The notes under the pieces are model-generated. The model saw only the letters and a program-made list of their open reading frames with translations. It was not told the origin of the DNA and did no database searches. Made by a program: the position numbers and the translations under genes. A DNA stretch of 64,000 bases from the human T2T-CHM13v2.0 reference genome, Homo sapiens: NCBI RefSeq assembly GCF_009914755.1, contig NC_060937.1. One strand, given 5' to 3'. Within the stretch, counting starts at the first letter, position 1. Every line of letters begins with the position of its first letter. Below, one piece after another: positions 1-11,199 of this stretch.

Positions 1-3000
1 GGAGTGGAATGGAATGGAATTTAGTGGAATGGAATGGAATGAAATGGATTGGATCGGAATAGAATCCAATGGAATCAACTGGAATGGAATGGAATGGAAT
101 GGAATGGAATGGAATGGAACAAATCCGGGTGTAGTGGAATGGAATGGAATGGAGTGGAATGGAATGGAATTTAGTGGAATGGAATGGAATGGAATAGAAA
201 GGCATGGAATGGAATGAACCCGAATGGAATGGAATGGAATGGAATGGAAAGGAATGGAATGGAATGGAATGGAATGGAATGGAATGGAATAAACCTGAAT
301 GGGAAGGCATGAAATGGAACGGAATGCAATGGAATGCAATGGAATGGAATGGAATCTCCCTAAGTGCAATGGAATGGAATGGAATGCAATGGAATCCACC
401 CGAGTGAAATGGAATGGAATGGAATGGAATGGAATGGAATTGAATGGAATGGAGTTGAATGGAACGGAATGGAGTGGAATGGAATAAACACCAAGGGAAT
501 GAAATGGATTGGAATGAAATGGAATGGAATGGAATGGAATGGAATGAAATCAACCCGAGTGGAACGGAATTGAATGGAATGGAATGGAAAGGAATGAATG
601 GAATGGAATGGTGTGGAATCAACACGAGAGGAATGGAATGGAATGGAATCTTACGGAAAGGAATTGAAAGGAATGGAATGGAATGAACACGAATGGAATG
701 GAATCTATTGGAATGCAATGGAATGGAATCAACCCGGGCGGAAAGGAATGGAATGGAATGGAGTGGAATGGAATGTAATGGAATGGAATGGCATGGAATG
801 GAAACAACACGAATGGAATGGAACAGAATGGAATGGGATGGGATGGAACAGAATGGAATGAAAGTTAATCAACACGAATGGAATGGAACGGAATGGAATG
901 GAATGGAATGGAATGGAATGGAATGGAATGAACCCGAATAGAATGGAATGGATTGGAATGGAATGGAATGGAATCAACCCGAGCGGAAAGGAATGGAATG
1001 GAATGGAGTGGAATGGCATGTAATGGAAAGGAATGGAATGGAATGGAATGGAATGGAATGGAATGGAATGGAATGGAATCAACACGAATGGAATGAAACG
1101 GAATGGAATTGGATGGGATGGAATGGAACGGAATGTAAGTTAATCAACACGAATGGAATGGAACGGAATGGAATGGAATGGAATGGAATGGAATGAACCC
1201 GAATGGAATGAAATGGATTGGTATGGAATGGAATGGAATCAACCCGAGCGGAAAGTAATGGAATGGAATGGAGTGGAATGGAATGGAATGGAATGGAATG
1301 GAATGGAATGGAATGGAAACAACACGAATGGAATGGAATGGAATGGAATGGAATGGGATGGGATGGAATGGAATGGAATGGAATGGAAGTTAATCAACAC
1401 GAATGGAATGGAACGGAATGGAATGGAATGGAATGGAATGGAATGGAATGAACCCGAATAGAATGGAATGGATTGGAATGGAATGGAATGGAATCAACCC
1501 GAGCGGAAAGGAATGGAATGGAATGGAATGGAATGGATTCAACACGAATGGAATGAAACGGAATGGAATGGGATGGGATGGAATGGAATGGAATGGAAGT
1601 TAATCAACACGAATGAAATGGAACGGAATGGAATGGAATGGAATGGAATGGAATCAACACGAATGGAATGGAATGGAATGGAATGGGATGGGATGGAATG
1701 GAATGGAATGGAAGTTAATCAACACAAATGGAATGTATCTGAATGGAATGGAATGGAATGAACCCGAATGGAATGGAATGAACCCGAATGGAATGCAATG
1801 GATTGGAATGGAATGGAATGGAATCAACCTGAGCGGAAAGGAATGGAATGGAATGGAGTGGAATGGAATGTAATAGAATGGAATGGAATGGAATGGAATC
1901 AACAGTAATGGAATGGAACGGAAAGGAATGGGATGGGATGGAATGGAGTGGAATGGAAGTTAATCAACATGAATGGAATGGAACGGAATGGAATGGAATG
2001 GAATGGAATGGAATGAACAAGAATGGAATGGAATGGATTGGAATGGAATGGAATGGAAGCAACCCGAGCGGAAAGGAATGGAATGGAATGGAGTGGAATG
2101 GAATGTAATGGAATGGAACGGAATGGAATGTAATCAACACGAATGGAATGGAATGGAATGGAATGGGATGGGATGGAATGGAATGGAATGGAAGTTAATC
2201 AACACGAATGGAATGGAACGGAATGGAATGGAATGGAATGGAATGAAATGGAAAGGAACGGAATGGAATCAACACGAGTGGAATGGAATGGAAAGTAATG
2301 GATTCAACCCGAGTGGAATGAAATAGAATGTAATGCAGTGGGATGGAGTGGAGTCAACCCGAGTGGAATGGAATGGAATGGACTGGAATGGAATGAAATG
2401 AAATGGATCGGAATGGAATCCAATGGAATCAACTGGAATGGAATGGAATGGAATAAAATGGAATGGAATGGAATGGAATAAATCCGGGTGGAGAGGAATG
2501 GAATGTAATGGAGTGGAATGGCATGGAATTTAGTGGAATGGAATTTAATGGAATGGAATGGAATGGAATGGAATGGAATCAACCCGAAAGGAATGGAATG
2601 GAATGGAATGGAATGGAATGGAAAGGAAAGGAATGGAATGGAATGGAATGGAATGGAATGGAATGGAATGGAATGGAATCAACCTGACTGGGATGGCATG
2701 GAATGGAATTGAATGGAATGGAATGGAATGGAATGGAATGGAAAGGAATAGAATGGAATCAACCCACGTGCAATGGAATGGAATGGAATGCCATGGAATC
2801 CACCCGAGGGGAATTGAACGGAATGGAATGGAATGGAGTGGAATGGAACGGAATGTAGTGGAATGGAATAAACACCAGGGGAATGAAATGGAGTGGAATG
2901 GAACGGAATGTAGTGGAATGGAATAAACACCAGGGGAATGAAATGGATTGGAATGAAATGGAATGAAATGGAATGGAATGGAATGAAATTAACCCGAATG

Positions 3001-3275
3001 GAATGCAACAGAATGGAATGGAATGGAAAGGAATGAATGGAATGGAATGGTGTGGAATCAACACGAGGGAAATGGAATGGAATGGAATGGAACGGAACGG
3101 AAAGGAAAGGAATGCAATGGAATGAACCCGAATGGAATGGAATGGATTGGAATGGAATGGAATGGAATGGAATCAACCCGAGCGGAAAGGAATGGAATGG
3201 AATGTAGTGGAATGGAATGGAATGGAATGGAATGGAATGGAATGGAGTGAAATCAACACGAATGGAAAGTAACGG
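1..3275 (+). repeat. Human Satellite 3 (HSat3) array, (GGAAT)n on the + strand / (CATTC)n on the - strand; truncated by the window start
   Basis: Continuous GGAAT pentamers interrupted by motifs such as AATCAACCCGAG, AATCAACACG and TGAACCCGAA. Long pure pentamer runs favour HSat3 over HSat2. Confidence 0.96.
730..2270 (+). repeat. Tandem ~235-330 bp sub-repeat inside HSat3 (about 6 copies)
   Basis: AACCCGAGCGGAAAGG-type marker at ~731, 976, 1241, 1496, 1826, 2061. AAGTTAATCAACA at ~862, 1137, 1387, 1597, 1712, 1957, 2192, each preceded by a GGATGGGATGG motif. Confidence 0.8.
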
Positions 3276-6200
3276 TATTATATACTGTAAATAAAATATC
3301 AAAGTAACCAAACTATATATTATATATTATATATTGTACATAAAAAATCAAAGTACCCAAACTATATATTTTATACTTTACATAAAATATCAATGTACAC
3401 CAAATATATATTCTATTTTGAACATAAAATATCGAAGTACCCAAACATGTATTATATACTGTACATAAAATATGAAATTACACCAAATATATATTCTATA
3501 CTGTATATGAAATACCAAAGTACACAAAATATATATTCAATATTGTACATAAAATATCAAACTAACCAGACATTTATTGTATACTGTACATAATATATCA
3601 AAGTACCCAAATTATATATATTATACAGTACATAAAATATAAAAGTACCCAAACTATACATTATATACTGTAGATAAAATATGAAATTACATCAAATAAA
3701 AATTATATTAGGTCCACAAAATATGAAAGTACATCAAAAAAATTGTATACTGTACATAAAATATGAAATTACCCCAATTATATATTATAAACTGCACATG
3801 AAATATCAAAGTACACAAACTATATATTATATAAAGTTGATAAAATATCAAAGTACCCAAAGTATATATTCTACACTGTTCAAAAAATATGTAAGTAGCC
3901 AAATCATGTATTATATACTGTACATAAAATGTGAAAGTACATCAAATATATATTTTATTCTGTACATAAAATATCAAAGTACACCAAATATATATTCTAT
4001 ACTGTACAAAAAATATCAAAGTACCCGAATTATATATTATATACTGGAAATAAAATATCTAAGTAACCAAAGTATAGATTTTATACCGTACATGAAATAT
4101 GAAAGTACATCAAATATATATTTTATTCTCTACATAAAATACAAAAGAACACCAAATATATATTCTATACTTTACATAAAATATCAAAGTAACAAAAGCA
4201 TGTATTATATACTGTATATAAAATATCAAAGTACACAAACATTTATTGTGAACTCTAAGTAAAATATCAAAGTAACAAAAGTATATATTATATATTGTAC
4301 ATAAAAAAAACAAATTACACAAACTATATATTTTATTCTGTACATAAAATATCAAAGTACACCAAATATATATTCTATACTGTACATAAAATATCAAACT
4401 ACACAAACATTTATTGTGAACTCTAAATAGAATATCAAAGTAACCAAATTATACATTATATATGAAACATAAAAAATCAAATACACAATCTATATATTTA
4501 ATAATGTACATAAAATATCAAACTACACAAAAATATATATTCTATATGGACAAAAAATATCAAGGTACACAAACGTATTATATACTGTACATAAAATATA
4601 AAAGTACACCAAATATATGTTCTATACTGTACATAAAATAACACAGTACATCAAATATATATTCTATACTGTACATAAAATATCAAACTACCCAAACATA
4701 TATTGTATACTGTACATAATATATCAAAGCACCAAAATTACATATTTTACACTATACATAAAATATCAAAGTACCCAAACTATACATTATATACTGTACA
4801 GAAAATATGAACTTAAATCAAATATATATTATATTAGGTACATAAAATATAAAAGTACATCAAATATAGATTATATACTGTACATAAAATATCAAGGTAC
4901 CCCAAATATATATTATATACTGTACATGAAATATCAAAGTACACAAACTATATATTATATACAGTAGATAATATATCAAAGTACCCAAAGTATATATTCT
5001 AAACTGTACAGAAAATATCAAAGTACCGAAACCATGTATTATATACTGTACATAAAATATGAAAATACATAAAATGTATATTTTATTCTCTACATAAAAT
5101 ATTAAAGTACACTAAATATATATTCTATACTCTACATAAAATATCAAAGTACCCAAAGCATGTATTATATACTGTACATAAAATATCAAAGTACACAAAG
5201 ATTTATTATGAACTCTAAATAAAATATCAAAGTAACCAAACTATATATTATATATTGTACATAAAAAAACAAAGTACCCAAAGGGTATGTTTTCTAATGT
5301 ACATAAAACATCAAAGTACACCAAATATATATTCTATACTGTACATAAAATATCAAAGTACCCAAACATGTAGAATACACTGTACATAAAATATCAAACT
5401 ATACAAACTGTATATTATATACTGTACATAAAATATCAAAGTACCCAAAATATATATTATATACTTTACATAAATTATCAAAGTACCCAAAGTATAGATT
5501 ATTACACCATACATAAAATATGAAAGTACATCAAATGTATATTTTATTCTCTACATAAAATAACAAAGTACACGAAATATATATTCCATTCTGTACATAA
5601 AATATCAAAGTACCCAAAGCATGTATTATATACTGTACATAAAATATCAAAGAACACAATCATTTATTGTGAACTCTAAATAAAATATTAAAGTAACCAC
5701 TATATATATTATATATTGTACATAAAAAATCAAATTACCCAAACTATAGATTATATACTGTACATAAAATATCAAAGTACACCAAATATATATTCTATAC
5801 TGTACATAACATACCAAAGCACAAAAAATATATATTCTATACTGTACATAAAATATCAAACTACCCAAACATATATTGTATACTGTACATAATATATCAA
5901 AGTCCCCAAATTATATATTTTATACTGTATATAAAATATCAAAATACCCAAACAATACATTATATACTGTACATAAAATATGAACTTACATCAAATTTAT
6001 ATTATATTAGGTACATAAAATATGAAAGTACATCAAATATAGATTATATACTGTACATAAAATATCAAAATACCCCAAATATATATTATACACTGTACAT
6101 GAAATATCAAAGAACACAAAATATATATTATATACTGTAGATAAAATATAAAAGTACACAAAGTATATATTCTATACTGTACAAAAAATATCAAAGTACC

Positions 6201-7960
6201 CAAAGCATGTATTATATACTGTACATAAAATATGAAAGTGCATCAAATATATATTTTATTCTGCACATAAAATATCAAAGTACACCAAATATATATTCTA
6301 TACTGTACATAAAATATCAAAGTACCGAAAGCATATATTAAATACTGTACATAAAATATCAAAGTACAGAAATATTTATTGTGAACTCTAAATAAAATAT
6401 TAAAGTAACCAAACTATATATTATATGTTGTACATAAAAAATCAAAATACCCAAACTATAGATTTTATACTGTACATAAAATATGAAAGTAAACCAAATA
6501 TATATTCTGTACTGTAAATAAAATATCAAAGTACCCAAGCATGTATTATATACTGTACATAAAATATCAAAGTACACAAACATTTATTGTGAACTCTAAA
6601 TAAAATATCAATGTAACCAAACAATATAGTACATATTGTACATAAAAAATCAAAGTACCCAAACTATAGATTTGATACTGTACATAAAATATCAAAGTAC
6701 CCAAACTATACATTATATACTGTACATAAAATATGAACTTACATCAAATACAGATTATATTAGCTACATAAAATATGAAAGTACATCAAATATAGATTAT
6801 ATACTGTACATAAAATATCAAAGTACCCAAAATACATATTATATACTGTACATGAAATATCAAAGTACACAAACTATATATTATATAGTGTAGATAAAAT
6901 ATCAAAGTTCCCAAAGTAGATATTCTATACTGTACAAAAAATATGAAAGTACACAAGGCATGTATTATACACTGTACATAAAATATGAAAGTACATCAAA
7001 TGTATATTTTATACTCTACATAAAATATGAAAGTACACGAAATATGTATTCTATACTGTTCATAAAATATCAAAGTACCGAAAGCATGTATTATATACTG
7101 TACATAAAATATCAAAGTACATAAACATTTATTGTGAACCCTAAATAAAATATCAATGTAACCAAACTATGTAGTACATATTGTACATAAAAAATCAAAT
7201 TACCCAAGCTATAGATTTTATACTGTACATAAAATATCAAAGTACACCAAATATCTATTCTATACTGCACATAAAATATCAAAGTACCCAAACATGTATT
7301 ATATACTGTACATAAAATATCAAAGTACACGAAATATATATTCTATAGTGTACATAACATACTAAAGAACAGCAACTATATATTCTATACAGTACATAAA
7401 ATATCAAACTACCCAAACATATATTGTATACTGTACATAATATATCAAACTACACAAATTATATATTTTATACTGTACATAAAATATCAAAGTACCCAAA
7501 ATATACATTATATACTGTACATAAAATATGAACTTACATCAAATATATATTATGTTAGGTACATAAAATATGAAAGTACATCAACTATAGATTATATACT
7601 GTACATAAAATATCAAAGTACCCCAAATATATATTATATACTGTACATGAAATATCAAAGTACACAAACTATATATTATATACTGTAGATAAAATATCAA
7701 AGTACCCAAAGTAGATAATCTATACTGTACAAAAAATATGAAAGTACCCATGGCATGTATTATACACTGTACATAAAATATGAAAGTACATCAAAAGTAT
7801 ATTTTATACTGTACATAAAATATGAAAGTACACAAAATATGTATTCTATACTGTTCATAAAATATCAAAGTACCCAAAGCATGTATTATATACTGTACTT
7901 AAAATATCAAAGTACACAAACATTTATTGTGAACTCTAAATAAATTATCAATGTAACCAA
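3276..7960 (+). repeat. Diverged border layer of HSat1A with long irregular units and monomer types absent from the interior
   Basis: A monomer containing TTTATT(G/A)TGAAC(T/C)CTAA occurs at ~4250, 4418, 5210, 5671, 6383, 6591, 7136, 7931 and was not seen afterwards. Many small indels; no 378-bp period. Confidence 0.85.
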
Positions 7961-10900
7961 ACTATACATTATATACTGTACATAAAATATGAAATTACAT
8001 CAAATATATGTTATATTAGGTACATAAAATATGAAACTACATCAAATGTAGATTATATACTGTACATAAAATATCAAATACCCCAAATATATATTATACA
8101 CTGTACATGAAATATCAAAGTTCACAAACTATATGTTATATACTGTACATAAAATATCAAAGTACCCAAGGTATATATTCTATACTATACAAAAAATATC
8201 AAACTACCCACGCATGTATTATATACTGTACATAAAATATGAAATTACATCAAATACATATTCTATTCTGTACACAAAATATCAAAGTACACCAGATATA
8301 TATTCTATAGTGTACATAAAATATCAAAGTACCCAAAATAGACATTGTACACTGTACATAAAATATGAAATTACATCAAATATATATTATATTAGGAACA
8401 TGAAATATGAAAGTACATCAAATGTAGATTATATACTGTACATAATATATCAAAGTACCCCAAATATATATTATATACAGTACATGAAATATCAAAATAC
8501 ACAAACTAAATATTATATACTGTACATAAAATATCAAAGTACCCAAGCTATATATTCTATACTGTACAAAAAATATGAAAGTTCCCAAAGCATGAATTAT
8601 ATACTGCACATAAAATATGAAAGTACTTCAAATATATATTTTATTCTGTACATAAAATATCAATGTACATCAGATATATATTTTATAGTGTACATAAAAT
8701 ATCAAAGTACCCAAACTATACATTATATACTGTACATAAAATATGAAATTACATCAAATATATATTATATTAGGAACATAAAATATGAAAGTACATCAAA
8801 TATAGATTATATACTGTACATAAAATATCAAATACCCCAAATATATATTATATACTGTACATGAAATATCAAAGTTCACAAACTATATATTATATACTGT
8901 ACATAAAATATCAAAGTACCCAAGGTATATATTCTATACTGTACAAAAAATATGAAAGTACCCAAAGCACGTATTATATACTGTACATAAAATATGAAAG
9001 TACATCAAATATATATTTTATTCTGTACATAAAATATCAAAGTACACCAAATATATATGCTATAGTGTACATAAAATATCAATGTACCCAAACTATACAT
9101 TATATAGTGTACAAAAAATATGATATTACTTCTAATATATATTATATTAGGTACATAAAATATGAAAGTACATCAAATATAGATTATATACTATACATAA
9201 AATATCAAAGTACCCCAAATATATATTATACACTGTACATGAAATATCAAAATACACAAACTATATATTATATACTGTACATAAAATATCAAACTACCCA
9301 AGGTATATATTCTATACTGTACAAGAAATATCAAAGTACCCAAAGCATGTATTATATATTGTACATAAAATATGAAAGTACATCAAATATATATTTTATT
9401 CTGTACATAAAATATCAAAGTACACCAGAAATATATTTTATAGTGTATATAAAATATCAAATTACCCAAACTATACATTATATACTCTACATAAAATATG
9501 AAATTACATCAAATATATATTATAATATGTACATAAAATATGAAACTACATCAAATATAGATTATATATTGTACATAAAATATCAAAGTACCCCAAATAT
9601 ATATTATATACTGTAAATGAAATATCAAAGTTCACAAAATATATATTATATACTGTACATAAAATACCAAGTACCCAAGGTATATATTCTATACTGTACA
9701 AAAAATATCGAAGTACCCAAAGCATGTATTATGTGCTGTACATAAAATATCAAAGTACATCAAATATATATTTTATTGTGTACATAAAATATCAAAGTAC
9801 CCCAAATATATATTATACACTGTACATGAAATATCAAAGTTCACAAACTATATATTATATACTGTACATAAAATATCAAAGTACCCAAATTATATATTCT
9901 ATATTGTACAAAAAATATCAAAATACCCAAAGCATGTATTATATACTGTATATAAAATATGAAAGTACATCAAATATATGTTTTATTCTGCACATAAAAT
10001 ATCAAAGTATACCACATATATATTCTATAGTGTACATAAAATATCACAGTACCCAAACTATACATTATATACTGTACATAAAATATGAATTTACATCAAA
10101 TATATATTATATTAGGTACATAAAATACGAAAGTATATCAAATATAGATTATACACTGTACCTAAAATATCAAAGTACCCCAAATATATATTATGCACTG
10201 TACATGAAATATCAAAATACAGAAACTATATATTATATAGTGTACATAAAATATAAAGTACCCAAGGTATATATTCTATACTGTACAAAAAATATCAAAG
10301 TACCCAGAACATCTATTATATACCGTACATAAAATATGAAAGTACATCAAATATATATTTTATTCTGTACACAAAATATCAAAGTACACCAAATATATAT
10401 TCTATAGTGTACATAAAATATCAAACTACCCAAAATAGACATTATATACTGTACATAAAATATGAAATTACATAAAATATATATTAGGTACATAATATAT
10501 GAAAGTACATCAAATATAGATTATATACTGTACATAAAATATCAAAGTACCACAAATATATATTATATACTGTACATGTAATATGAAAGTTCACATACTC
10601 TATATTATACACTCTACAAAAAATATCAAAGTACCCAAGTTATATATTCTATACTGTACAAAAAATATCAAAGTACCCAAAGCATGTATTATATACTGTA
10701 CATAAAATATGAAAGTACATCTAATATATATTTTATTCTGTACATAAAATATCAAAGTACACCAGATATATATTTTATAGTGTACATAAAATATCAAAAT
10801 ACCCAAACTATACGTTATATACTGTACATAAAATATGAAATTACATCAAATATATACTATATTAGGTACATAAAATATGAAAGTACATCAAATATAGATT

Positions 10901-11199
10901 ATATACTGTACATAAAATATCAAAGTACCCCAAATATATATTATATACTGTACATGAAATATCAAAGTTCACAAACTATATATTATATACTGTACATAAA
11001 ATATCAAAGTACCCAAGGTATATATTCTATACTGTACAAAAAATATCAAAGTACCCAAAGCATGTATTATATACTGTACATAAAATATGAAAGTACATCA
11101 AATATATATTTTATTCTGTACATAAAATATCAAGGTACACCAGATATATATTCTATAGTGTACATAAAATAGCAAAGTACACAAACTATAAATTATATA

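Noticed and set aside
860-2210. AAGTTAATCAAC as a homeodomain or DUX4 site cluster
   Set aside because: Only a single TAATC core matches, not the double-homeodomain consensus. Recurrence is explained by the sub-repeat expansion.
1-3275. Telomeric repeat, HSat2 or G-quadruplex array
   Set aside because: No TTAGGG array. Long pure GGAAT runs without the HSat2 CATTCGATTC-type pattern. G-runs are mostly two bases, with at most two adjacent GGG tracts.
14-3311. ORFs rich in MEWNG (+) or FHSIP (-)
   Set aside because: They are the translation of GGAAT/ATTCC pentamers in all frames, with no gene structure. This is a known class of spurious predicted proteins.
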